Shown here: one piece after another, positions 21,001 through 29,866 of the stretch
Numbering within the stretch: position 1 is the first letter of the stretch
Layout of the letters: each line of letters opens with the position of its first letter
Origin: an uncultured Phycisphaerales bacterium
Lineage (GTDB): Bacteria > Planctomycetota > Phycisphaerae > Sedimentisphaerales > Anaerobacaceae
Reading direction: 5' to 3'
Length of the DNA: 64,000 bases
Assembly (NCBI GenBank): GCA_963718665.1
Contig: OY970359.1
Coordinates: forward strand, 928,001 to 992,000
Program-made: the position numbers and the translations under genes
The notes under the pieces: generated by a model
The model's database searches: none
What the model was told of the DNA's origin: nothing
The model's input: only the letters and a program-made list of their open reading frames with translations

Positions 21001-21369
21001 ATCCGCCTGGACGTTTATCGCAGAATCGTGGTGGCGAAAAACGCGGAAGAACTGAAACATCTCGAAACGGAGCTTGCGGACGTTTATGGCCCGCCGACTG
21101 AAGAGGTTAAATCGCTTTTGAGTATCGCCGGGCTTCGAATAGCCGCAAGCGAGCTGGATATAAAAAGCATCGTGGCACACGGCGGGAACCTGGTATTTTC
21201 TTTCGCGGCGGACGCGGACAAACACGCAAAACGACTGTTTAAGAACATTGCGGGCAGATATACTGTAGCCGACGAGACAACGGCGTATCTGCATCTGCCG
21301 GAAAGCTATTTCGAACAGCAAACACTTATAAATTTTGTCCGTAAAATTTTGAGAGGGAAAAAGCAATGA
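18091..21369 (+). CDS. mfd: transcription-repair coupling factor
   Basis: CGDVGYGKTE, DEEQRFG, TATPIPRT, QLRGRVGR and DLEIRGAGN motifs. Confidence 0.98.
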   Translation: MELGNDKLIFELSRRLSATGGVVKVAGTWGSFARLLATYLSKQLFRPIIYVCPHIDDADNAVDDLQTFGAEDIQLLPAWEGEEEIADATDEIRADRLKTVARVSSLITRVEGRAITIAASMQAISQPIPKLSAIESGSLALQTGKQTTPEDVSTWLIDNGFERTDKVDLPGQFARRGGIVDIYAPLVSTNERLASNDSVSSQALRIEFFGDTIESIRTIDLDTQVSTNQLSAVSIVSATCGDKQEQRELFLNILPADAIVILDEPADCQEVAKVYFERAEQKERLYNWPEIHKSLERFTQLHISRFATENPDEFIKLDIRSVQQYQHKAASLWAGHKEALAELVELAKHQDVLLYCEAEAEIDRVSEIIRQEHSEIPPRFKLLKGFIHQGFAIRSLNATILSHHELFGQFALRRRQRPMRATTPIDTLEDLQQGDYVVHSSYGVGKFLGIETIREKTGQNEYLTIEYDGGVKVQVSVNNIGLVQKYIGTSPKRPKLSKVGSKRWQNQKEKVAQSVNDLAVELLELQAKRQAIGGFAFAADSNWQKEFEESFPYQETPDQTTNAAQIKEDMMHPTAMDRLLCGDVGYGKTELAMRAAFKAVENGKQVAALVPTTVLSIQHARTFTERFADFPVVIESLNRFKTTAQAKDVISRTRTGKVDILIGTHRLLSGDVKFKDLGLVIIDEEQRFGVEHKEKLKKLRVNVDILTMTATPIPRTLHMAMLGLRDISSLATAPLDRRSIVTSVTTYNDELIRKTISRELNRQGQVFFVHNRVKSIEKKCWEIQKLVPDAKVAIAHGQMTSHELEKAMIAFVLGQTDVLVCTTIIESGLDIPNANTMIVNDADRFGLAELHQLRGRVGRYKHRAYAYMLLPASRPITPIASRRLKAIEEYSHLGAGFRIALRDLEIRGAGNILGAEQSGHIQMVGYQMYCELLANAVKQMKGEPIEGIPTANIDLGFAAYITKNYIPADRIRLDVYRRIVVAKNAEELKHLETELADVYGPPTEEVKSLLSIAGLRIAASELDIKSIVAHGGNLVFSFAADADKHAKRLFKNIAGRYTVADETTAYLHLPESYFEQQTLINFVRKILRGKKQ

Positions 21370-21908
21370 CAAAAACGCTTATAAGATACTGCTGTATTAC
21401 AGCATTGATGGGGCTTACGGGGATTGTTCTGGCAATCAGCCCGTCGGAAAAACAGCAATTGGACAATTTCAAGGTATCGACGCTGAAGGGACTTCGCGGA
21501 GTGGCAGTCAGGGTGGTAATTGTCCGGGATGACCCGAACATGCTGCCGTTTCTCAAAGAACAGACCCTCCAGGGTGAAGTCGAGGTTGCTCTTCAAAACG
21601 CCGGTATCGAGATTGCCAGGCCTACGCCGGAAGTGGGGCTTTACGTGGTGCTGGCCAAAGTAACGGCGGCGAGTACAGACAACCTGAACATTGCGATGCA
21701 CGTCCAGTCGTCGCTTTTGCAGATTGTGAATTTATCGCGGGACACGACCATAAAAACAGAGGCCCTTACCTGGCCATCCTTCGGGCAGAGCAGGTTCGGC
21801 GTTGTTTCGGTCGCAATCGTCAAAAGCGCCGTCGAAAAAACCGTCAAAGAACAGGTAAAGGACTTCACCAACGACTGGAAGGCAGCAAATCCGAAACAGC
21901 AACCATAA
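21366..21908 (+). CDS. secreted hypothetical protein
   Basis: Signal peptide; 4-nt overlap with the mfd stop. Confidence 0.7.
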   Translation: MTKTLIRYCCITALMGLTGIVLAISPSEKQQLDNFKVSTLKGLRGVAVRVVIVRDDPNMLPFLKEQTLQGEVEVALQNAGIEIARPTPEVGLYVVLAKVTAASTDNLNIAMHVQSSLLQIVNLSRDTTIKTEALTWPSFGQSRFGVVSVAIVKSAVEKTVKEQVKDFTNDWKAANPKQQP

Positions 21909-21968
21909 AACAATTTGGTATTGTAATCTTACTGTTAGTCAATTAAACTTTGGCCGCGATATAAACTT

Positions 21969-22038
21969 TTTTACCGCAGAGAACGCAGAGCTTGTTTTAT
22001 GTTCTCTCTCTGCGGACTCCGCGTGCTCCGCGGTGAAA
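21969..22038. repeat. palindromic period-9 repeat element
   Basis: ttttaccgcagagaacgcagag ... ctctgcggactccgcgtgctccgcggtgaaa, with inverted arms. Confidence 0.8.
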
Positions 22039-22058
22039 TAAAACAGGTAGCCAACGGA

Positions 22059-22976
22059 ATGGCAAGAAGAAGACAAAGAGCTGCATCGAATCAATGGTTT
22101 AATTTCGCGAGAGACTCGTACCTTGAACGGACGAGCCGGCCTGTTTACGCAATCGTTTATCTGCTGCCTTTCATAATCTTTTATGAATTAGGCACAATCT
22201 TCATCAATACCGACGTGCTGAGCCAGACACAGGTAAGGGTGGTGGCGTTTGTCTGGCTGCAGGAGCTGCTGCGGCATCTCGGCTTCGGCGGCAAATTCCT
22301 CTGGGCAGCACCGGCATTAGTCGTGGTCGTCATACTGCTGGCATACCAGCTTGTTTCGAGAAAGCGATGGTGGGTTTCGTTCGGCGATATGCTGCCTATG
22401 ACAATTGAGTGCGTGCTGCTGGCCATACCGCTTATCGTGCTGAGCTTGTTTTTGAACAGCGCGACTGCGCCGAAACACAGCCGGACTAATGACGTTGTGC
22501 CGAGGGCGATTGTCGTGCAGTGCGCAGCCGAACAAAACGCGGCGCAGGCAAAGACAAAATATCAACAGCCAAAGGCAACGGTAATCGCGAAGCCGAAGCC
22601 ACAATCATCGCTGCTTGCCGATATTGTTACGGGTATCGGCGCGGGCATTTATGAGGAATTGTTGTTCCGGCTGATACTGATATGCGCGATAATGCTTTTG
22701 CTGCAGGACGTGATTGGAATAAATCAGCACAGCGCCGTAATCATCGCGGTGCTTCTATCGGCGGCTCTTTTCGGCGCACATCACCACATCGATTTCCTGA
22801 CCGGGCGGGTAAACCAGAGCGACTTATTCGACTGGTCCAAATTCGCATTCCGGACAATGGCCGGTGTTTATTTCGCGGCGTTATTCGCAATACGCGGCTT
22901 CGGAATCACGGCCGGAACGCACGCGTTTTACGACATAATCGCAACTTTGATTAACGCGATTGTCTTCCAGCGATAA
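22059..22976 (+). CDS. CPBP (Abi/CAAX) family intramembrane metalloprotease
   Basis: YEELLFR, FGAHH and HAFYD motifs. Confidence 0.9.
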   Translation: MARRRQRAASNQWFNFARDSYLERTSRPVYAIVYLLPFIIFYELGTIFINTDVLSQTQVRVVAFVWLQELLRHLGFGGKFLWAAPALVVVVILLAYQLVSRKRWWVSFGDMLPMTIECVLLAIPLIVLSLFLNSATAPKHSRTNDVVPRAIVVQCAAEQNAAQAKTKYQQPKATVIAKPKPQSSLLADIVTGIGAGIYEELLFRLILICAIMLLLQDVIGINQHSAVIIAVLLSAALFGAHHHIDFLTGRVNQSDLFDWSKFAFRTMAGVYFAALFAIRGFGITAGTHAFYDIIATLINAIVFQR

Positions 22977-23189
22977 AAAAACGTCAAAAATCCTCCCCAC
23001 AGCAAAATTTTTTGTCGAAATTTCACTTCTGTTACCCGTTTAGAACCCGTGGTTTGTGTAATAATCGTCCTATAAGTGAGCGAAAAGGCCCTATCAATAC
23101 TGATAATGGGCTTGAATTTTACGCTTGTTTTGTTGTATAATGAGGACGTGGAACGAGATTATAACAATAGATTTAAGGTCTGACAAACT

Positions 23190-23735
23190 ATGGAATCGCC
23201 ACAAGTCAATATAGCAATCGAGGAATTATCCTTCAGCTTATTCCAGCGACCACTGCATCCTGAATTGTTCAATATCTACGCCAGCAGACGGATCAAAAGC
23301 GAGAAGTATGAGGCGTTGATATGGGTTACCGGCTGCACTCACGTCGTAAGCGCCTTCGCGGGCGACGTATGTCTGGCTGAAGTCATCAGCACACCAAACC
23401 AGATGCTGCCTGAGCGAGGACTGATTGAGCGTTTCCAGTTCCACGGGCCCCGCTCACACAAATGCACGCTGAGCAAAAACGTCAGCTATATGACCGATTT
23501 CCAGGTTGAGCGTCTCACGCCGGCGCTGTACCGGCAGAGTTTCAATGACCTCGAACGATTCGGCAGAGACCGCGGCGTGTTCGTCCGGTTCCCTGAACTT
23601 GAGATAGACGGCCTGCAGCCCTTCTGCTACATAGATTTCGAGGCGAGAAAAACCGAGATTCACGTTCACACTTTCGCCGCGTATCCCGACCAGATAGCGA
23701 TTGTAAAAACGCAGTCGCTGTTCGATTTCCAGTAA
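23190..23735 (+). CDS. DUF2617-like conserved protein
   Basis: LFQRPLHPELF at the N-terminus and KTQSLF at the C-terminus. Confidence 0.65.
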   Translation: MESPQVNIAIEELSFSLFQRPLHPELFNIYASRRIKSEKYEALIWVTGCTHVVSAFAGDVCLAEVISTPNQMLPERGLIERFQFHGPRSHKCTLSKNVSYMTDFQVERLTPALYRQSFNDLERFGRDRGVFVRFPELEIDGLQPFCYIDFEARKTEIHVHTFAAYPDQIAIVKTQSLFDFQ

Positions 23736-23817
23736 TAGTCGAAGTACCCGGCTGTGAATTATCCCCCGCGAACAGAATAAACAATCCCGCTCCGCGCGTG
23801 ATTTTCGCAAGTTTATT

Positions 23818-24801
23818 TTATGCCTGCTGCCCGGCGGCGTGTGTTTTGAGGGCATCGAGCTTTTCGCGGATTTCCTCAGCCATTCGGCTGTTCGGAAAAT
23901 CGTGAATGATTTCCATGCCGGTATTAACCGCCTTGGTCCATTGCTTGCCTGATACGGCCAACGCAAACTGCACGCCGAGGTTATGCAGCTTTGTGCGGAA
24001 GACATCCCTTGCGGCTTCCTGCAGGGCAAGGCCCTCGTTGGGCGTAAGATATTGGTCAAGCTCACGCAGGATTTCGATGCTTCGGTCGGTTACCTGGCGT
24101 TTGACGGCGTCATCCCAGGCGTTGAGGAGTATTTTCTTGCGTTCCTCTTTCTTTTCGAGCAGTCGCTGTCTCATCGCCAAGGCCTTGTCGCTGGTGGGGT
24201 ATTCCTTTACCAGCAGCTCAATCTGGGCGCTCGCCTTTGCCCATTGATGGTCATCGAGGTGCTTTTCAATATGGCTTATTATCTGGTTCATTCTTTCAGC
24301 ATCATTGGCGTCGCGGTATTTGTCGGCCTGCAAATGAAGCTGCTCGGCGAGCTTTTTATAGCCGGTTTTGTGAGCAATTTCATCGATGATTTCGTATGCG
24401 GAGTCAAAGTCCTTCTGCTGCAACTTGTCGAAAACAGCATCCCGGAGCGTCTGCATATCGTTATCGCGGAAGGCAATCACCTTGGCCGTCTCGCTGACGT
24501 GCGTGCTTATATTAACCTGATTTACGACCTGGCGGAGCTTTTCAAGCTCATCAGCCACCTTGTCCGTTTTCGCGTTGGTATCATCAATGAGGTCGAGCAT
24601 TTTCAGGGAAGATACGAAAATGACTACCAGCGTTATCATGGAGAATAACGCCACAAGCAGCCCCAATGCGCTGGTAATGCCGGACGACTCCTTCCCAAAA
24701 GCGCCCGCGAAAAGCGCAACCAGAACAACAGCCGCGATTACACCGTAAACAATAAACAGGTTCTTGAAATTCGCCAGCGGGTTGTTTTTTCCGTGCTCCA
24801 T
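23818..24801 (-). CDS. membrane-anchored helical-repeat hypothetical protein
   Basis: Two N-terminal TM segments; helical TPR-like C-terminus (FPNSRMAEEIR). Confidence 0.75.
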   Translation of the reverse strand: MEHGKNNPLANFKNLFIVYGVIAAVVLVALFAGAFGKESSGITSALGLLVALFSMITLVVIFVSSLKMLDLIDDTNAKTDKVADELEKLRQVVNQVNISTHVSETAKVIAFRDNDMQTLRDAVFDKLQQKDFDSAYEIIDEIAHKTGYKKLAEQLHLQADKYRDANDAERMNQIISHIEKHLDDHQWAKASAQIELLVKEYPTSDKALAMRQRLLEKKEERKKILLNAWDDAVKRQVTDRSIEILRELDQYLTPNEGLALQEAARDVFRTKLHNLGVQFALAVSGKQWTKAVNTGMEIIHDFPNSRMAEEIREKLDALKTHAAGQQA

Positions 24802-24928
24802 AGTTGTTCCTTAAAAATAGTTGCTGTCAGGAAATATCGCGTCTATTATAATCCTTTTCCGGCGGCCTTGTCAATATCGCCGGAAACAGACAAAGGCAGA
24901 TATATCGGTTTAAGGGGAGATATTGAAA

Positions 24929-26149
24929 ATGGATACTATCAACCAGTTAACCTTAGTGGCAATCCTGTTGGCCAGTATGACAAACTCAGTCAAAGCAGCT
25001 ATTGACCCAAATCAACAAGCCATAGCGGCGGGCAATAACAAATTCGCCCTTGAGCTTTATCAAAGGCTGCAAAGCCAGCAAGGCAATCTATTCCTGTCGC
25101 CATACAGCATATCGACGGCTTTGGCGATGACCTATGCGGGAGCGAAAGGTCAAACAGAAAAACAGATGGCCGAGGCACTTTGTTTTGCGCCTATGAAAAA
25201 TGAGCAGTTTCACAAGGCATTCGGCGAAATCATCAAACAATTGAACACTTCGGGCGAAAAAGGCAGCTATGAGCTGGTAGTAGCAAACGCGTTATGGGGG
25301 CAAAAGGACTATAAATTTCTGTCGGAGTTTTTAACGCTTGTCAGAGAAAACTACGGGGGCGATTTGCAGCAGGTTGACTTCGCAGCACAAACCGAGGCCG
25401 CAAGAAAGACAATCAACACCTGGGTGGAAAGTAAAACCAAAGACAAGATAAAGGAGCTAATCAAGCCGGGGATGCTCGATTCGATGACCCGGCTTGTTTT
25501 GACAAACGCCATTTACTTCAAAGGCAAATGGGCAAGCCCGTTCAAACCGGAATTAACAAAGGACTCGTCTTTTACGTTGCTCAACGGCGAAAAGCCGAAC
25601 GTACCAATGATGAACCAGACGGGCAAATTCGGTTATATGGAAACCAACGATATACAGGCACTTGAGATGCCTTATGTGAATAATGATTTGTCGATGGTCA
25701 TTCTGCTTCCTAAACAAGCAGATGGCATCAAAGACCTTGAAAAAGAGCTTGTTTCCGACAATCTCGCCGGCTGGCTTTCCGGGATTCACAAACGTGAAGT
25801 GCAGGTCTTTTTCCCAAGGTTCAAGATGGCAAGCGAGTTTGGGTTAGGCAAGGTACTTAGTGCAATGGGAATGCCGGACGCGTTTTCGGGAAAGGCAGAT
25901 TTTTCCGGTATGACAGGCAATAAAGACCTCTTCATATCGGCTGTGGTTCACAAGGCATACGTCGATGTCAACGAAGAGGGAACCGAGGCAGCGGCGGCAA
26001 CCGGCGTTGTTATGAAATTAACCTCGATCCGCGAACCATTGCCGGTTTTCAGGGCCGACCATCCGTTTATCTTTTTGATTCGCGATAATCAGACGGGCAG
26101 CATCTTATTTTTGGGCCGAGTGGCAAACCCTGCTTCGAAAGACAATTAA
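24929..26149 (+). CDS. secreted serpin
   Basis: SPYSISTAL, NAIYFKGKW, hinge NEEGTEAAAAT and FRADHPF motifs. Confidence 0.95.
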   Translation: MDTINQLTLVAILLASMTNSVKAAIDPNQQAIAAGNNKFALELYQRLQSQQGNLFLSPYSISTALAMTYAGAKGQTEKQMAEALCFAPMKNEQFHKAFGEIIKQLNTSGEKGSYELVVANALWGQKDYKFLSEFLTLVRENYGGDLQQVDFAAQTEAARKTINTWVESKTKDKIKELIKPGMLDSMTRLVLTNAIYFKGKWASPFKPELTKDSSFTLLNGEKPNVPMMNQTGKFGYMETNDIQALEMPYVNNDLSMVILLPKQADGIKDLEKELVSDNLAGWLSGIHKREVQVFFPRFKMASEFGLGKVLSAMGMPDAFSGKADFSGMTGNKDLFISAVVHKAYVDVNEEGTEAAAATGVVMKLTSIREPLPVFRADHPFIFLIRDNQTGSILFLGRVANPASKDN

Positions 26150-26192
26150 TTTTGGCAGTACACCCGACAAAGCCAGAGGACTATCCAGGTGC

Positions 26193-26666
26193 TCATGTCA
26201 TTGCCTCAGCGATAATTTCATGAACAGCTTCGGCGTCTTTCATATAAAAACGCAGCCGGGCTCGACGAGAGCGATACCACGGTATGGGAGAAATTTCTGA
26301 CACAATTTCCAGATACTTGCCCAGCAAAAAGTTTCTGCCCACACTTATTTCCTCGATAAACTCATTATCTTCCAGTTTTCCTTTATCCTTGAACCATAAA
26401 CTGTTTTCCAATATGAAAAGACGACAAAGGTAAAAAACGAGCAAAACTCGTCTGTCTGTGATATACAAACCTGCCTCACACAAAATGGGTATCGGAAAAA
26501 AGATTCGGTAACTGGGAAGGGACTTACCCGATGCAAACCACAACCACGGTTTGAAGAGAAGAACTTTCTCCCCGGGCAGAAGCTTTGGCAGCATATTGAA
26601 ACTGAACCTGAAACCCATGAATAATCCCTTTCTGTCATTTAATATAGTAGCCGGAAACCTCGCCAC
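26193..26666 (-). CDS. hypothetical protein, possibly a bacterial PH-like domain
   Basis: AT-rich ORF with LLPGEKVL...GLYITDRRVL; start uncertain. Confidence 0.55.
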   Translation of the reverse strand: MARFPATILNDRKGLFMGFRFSFNMLPKLLPGEKVLLFKPWLWFASGKSLPSYRIFFPIPILCEAGLYITDRRVLLVFYLCRLFILENSLWFKDKGKLEDNEFIEEISVGRNFLLGKYLEIVSEISPIPWYRSRRARLRFYMKDAEAVHEIIAEAMT

Positions 26667-26682
26667 TGTCTATTCATCTCAA

Positions 26683-26757
26683 TTTATCTTTTCGATTCAC
26701 GATAATCAGACGGGCAGCATCCTGTTCCTGGGCCGACTGGCCAACCCTGAGAGCTAA
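26683..26757 (+). repeat. duplicated 3' end of the serpin gene
   Basis: 26683-26749 matches 26066-26132 at 59/67 nt and encodes FIFSIHDNQTGSILFLGRLANPES*. Confidence 0.9.
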
Positions 26758-27149
26758 ACAACCCCTGTTTTTGCTACTGAAATGTGGTTTGTGTTGCTTT
26801 TTGTAAACATTGGCGTGGATATATTGCAATGTTAGCTGAAAAGGCACGATGGCAAAGTATAAGCGAAAAATGGCGGGAAAGCCGTAAATTCAGGCCATTG
26901 TATGGCCGTTGTTTTTTGGCAACGCCCAGCCCCAAACCGCAAACAGGTTGCACCCGTGAATAGTCAAACAAAACTCAAGGTCAATACAACAAACGCCGGT
27001 TTTGAGCCGTTTTCGCAACCGGGTAAATTATCACAACAAATACAGGTAAAACCTTGTAGCGAGTATGCGTTTTGCACGTATAAAATTAAGACAGTGCCGA
27101 TGACAGAACAACAGGCAACGCCGATTTGAAATTTTGCGAGGGTACTGAT

Positions 27150-27416
27150 ATGGATGAAGCACGGCTGGCAGACGAGTTAAATGAACTTGTAAAACAATTC
27201 GGAGGCGCCGCAGACCCCACATCGAAACGCCTGGAACTCCTCGCCAAAAAAGCAGAAGTAAACCAGAAAGAACTCCAGGCGAGCGTCGATTGTCTGCGAG
27301 AATCGCTCGATTACCTGCGGGTTTGCATCAAATACCTGCTTTTGGATATTGAGGCCACCCGCCGGGAAAACGACTACCTGCAAAAGCTGCTCAAGGATAA
27401 AGACCGGGAAGAGTAA
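27150..27416 (+). CDS. small coiled-coil conserved hypothetical protein
   Basis: SLDYLRVCIKYLLLDIEATRREN; RBS GAGGG. Confidence 0.75.
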   Translation: MDEARLADELNELVKQFGGAADPTSKRLELLAKKAEVNQKELQASVDCLRESLDYLRVCIKYLLLDIEATRRENDYLQKLLKDKDREE

Positions 27417-27484
27417 CCCCGCCGGCCGCACAATTATCCTTTGTGAGCAATAATCCTGTTTTTACTTTGCCGCAATCTGTCTGT

Positions 27485-29473
27485 CTATTTACCGGACGGC
27501 ACCACTGGCATTGGCTGGCCCGGGGGCATTTGCCGCGGCTGCTTCGGCGGCATACCCTGATTCATCTGGCCTGGCTGCTGCTGCATCTGCTGCTGCATAA
27601 TCATCTGGAACGCCATCATCATCTCAGAAAGGTGCTCTTTGGTTAATGCGAAATCGATGGCCAATGAGCCGTTATCTATTTTGGCTGCGAAAACAAGATT
27701 GCTCTTACTCGGTACATCGGGCATCGTAAACGGCATCGGGGTAAACCCCTGCATCATTTTCATCAAGCGCAGATAGTTATATGTAACTATGGCGTCCTTG
27801 CCGTCGGCGTCCGGGATAACCGACATCGCCTTTTGCATTTCCGAGCATACCTGCGCGGGAGTGCCTGCCTTTACCTGGTCGATGAGTTTGCAAACGGCGT
27901 TGGGGTCGTTCGATATCCTGCATACAAACAGGCCATTGACAATCGCCCAGCGGTATTCGAAGCCGCCGCCATACATCGCCTCAATCATTTTTGCCTCGGG
28001 CAAATTAGCGTCGGCCATTTTCATAGACAGCTTTGCGACGTCTATTGAAACGCCCTTGTAATTTTCTGCGCCGTGTTTGACGGTAAAGCCGGTTTCCATA
28101 CCCATATTTTTGTAGAGGTCGCCAAATGCGCTGCCAGTCCAGAGCTGGATAAATTCATCTCTAACTTTGTTAAACCGGTTAACATCCTTTACCTCAAGGA
28201 CATATTTTGCATCGAATAACGGCTTTGCGTTGGGGTCAACCTTGAACGAGCAAACAATAAAATCGCCAATTGAATCAGCGGAATCATCGAGGAGCTTTTT
28301 GGTTTTAATGATGTTGGGGTCATTGGCGTCTTTTCCTGACATTATCGCCATAAGGTCAATACACTTGGCGTTGAGTTTCTTATACGTCGTATGATTTATC
28401 CGCGCGACTAAATTCATCGCCGCGCCATCCTCGGTGTAGCCGATAAGCGGGTTATTTTTAGCGGCGCCATCAGTAACGAACATCCCGGCCATTTCGGTCC
28501 CGGGCAGAGCATCCAAACCGACCCTGAAATTAAGCACGGCGGGTTTGGGATTACAGGAAAGCGTAATCGACTTTGACTGCTGCGTAAAATCTTTGGCGTA
28601 ACCGGCGAAGGCATTCGCGAGGCCGGCCATAAATACCGGGCTTTTCTGCAACTGTGCCTTTTGGGTTTTCATGGACTCAATCTGAGTATCGAAGCTGGCA
28701 ATCATCGGACTATTGGGGTCTTTGGCAGCCATCTGCTGTTTGGCCTTTTCGAGATTATCGATGTTGGACTGGATGCCCATTGCCGGGTCGGCTAAGTGCT
28801 TTCTCATTTCCTCCAGGCCATCGGAAATTTCTTTTTTGTAAACCGACGAGATTTTCACAAGATTCGCGTAGGCCCATATCGGTTCAGTTGATGACTGTTT
28901 GGCCTGTGCGGCATCGAGAGATGACGCTAAATTAGTTGCTTTTGCGCCGGTGATTGTCGAGGCCATAGAGTTGAGTTTGCGGTAATCTTTCGACATAAGC
29001 GCAAACGAGTTGACCTTTTTGATGAAGAATTGCGCCGAAGCACCCATTCCGACGGCTGATATACCGTTGGAGTCGGACGGACTGACATGAAAGTTAGGGT
29101 CGGTAAGCTGGGCGTAATTGGTAACAGGCAGCAGGATGTAAATGTCCGGTTCCTTATCGCCTGATTCGGCTGTCGCGAACGCCACAAAAGTGCCGTTGAC
29201 GTCAAAACCCTTAAGTTCGAAGTTGCCGAACATCATACCGAGCTGGCCCTTAATCATACTGCCGGTTGACACCGGCATCGGCGAGACGCCCATAAGATAC
29301 TGGTCAAGATTGCCGGTGGCCTGATTGAGATTATTAATCCGGACGCAGAAAATAGCGTCCGCGGGAATCATACTGAGCACCGCATCGCCTTTATCGGCCC
29401 CCTGCACAAATGCCGGAACGCATAAAGCTAATATGATTGCTGCGAGTGTTGTTGAAATAGTGCGTCTGAACAT
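27485..29473 (-). CDS. secreted hypothetical protein
   Basis: Signal peptide; 662 aa; Q/P/M-rich tail; RBS GGAGG. Confidence 0.8.
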   Translation of the reverse strand: MFRRTISTTLAAIILALCVPAFVQGADKGDAVLSMIPADAIFCVRINNLNQATGNLDQYLMGVSPMPVSTGSMIKGQLGMMFGNFELKGFDVNGTFVAFATAESGDKEPDIYILLPVTNYAQLTDPNFHVSPSDSNGISAVGMGASAQFFIKKVNSFALMSKDYRKLNSMASTITGAKATNLASSLDAAQAKQSSTEPIWAYANLVKISSVYKKEISDGLEEMRKHLADPAMGIQSNIDNLEKAKQQMAAKDPNSPMIASFDTQIESMKTQKAQLQKSPVFMAGLANAFAGYAKDFTQQSKSITLSCNPKPAVLNFRVGLDALPGTEMAGMFVTDGAAKNNPLIGYTEDGAAMNLVARINHTTYKKLNAKCIDLMAIMSGKDANDPNIIKTKKLLDDSADSIGDFIVCSFKVDPNAKPLFDAKYVLEVKDVNRFNKVRDEFIQLWTGSAFGDLYKNMGMETGFTVKHGAENYKGVSIDVAKLSMKMADANLPEAKMIEAMYGGGFEYRWAIVNGLFVCRISNDPNAVCKLIDQVKAGTPAQVCSEMQKAMSVIPDADGKDAIVTYNYLRLMKMMQGFTPMPFTMPDVPSKSNLVFAAKIDNGSLAIDFALTKEHLSEMMMAFQMIMQQQMQQQPGQMNQGMPPKQPRQMPPGQPMPVVPSGK

Positions 29474-29769
29474 TGTATTACCTCCCTAATAATTGTTTCA
29501 TTTTTTATGTGGACGGGTTCAACTTCGCGGTATTTATACACACAAAACTGATGTCCTGCAAGAAAATCACATAGAAATAATGTTTTAGGACTTGGGTATC
29601 CTTGTTTTTATGCAAGAATAGGGATTTTCGTGTTCTTTTCCGAACAAGTCAGGCCTTGTTTTGGTCGATATCAAGGCAGGATTAGCAGGGCATAGTCCGG
29701 TAAATGAACAAGGTAACCCATACGGCAATAGAATATATAAGGAAAGTCCTATGCAACAGGCGGCAATCG

Positions 29770-29797
29770 TTGACAGGACGAGCCAACAGAGTAGAAT
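29770..29797 (+). promoter_or_regulatory. sigma70-like promoter of clpC
   Basis: TTGACA, 16 nt spacer, TAGAAT. Confidence 0.6.
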
Positions 29798-29866
29798 AGT
29801 AAATGCGGAGAACACAAAGGGCTAAGGCGTTTAACAAACTTTGAATAATGCTATCTGAGGTAAAAG

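Noticed and set aside
19738..21372. Long antisense ORFs within mfd, and similar ones in tkt, clpC, the arg genes and lptD
   Set aside because: Shadow frames of well-supported genes, with no recognisable motifs.
26809..26830. sigma54 promoter (also TGGCAC near 46975)
   Set aside because: The GG-to-GC spacing is not the required 10 nt.
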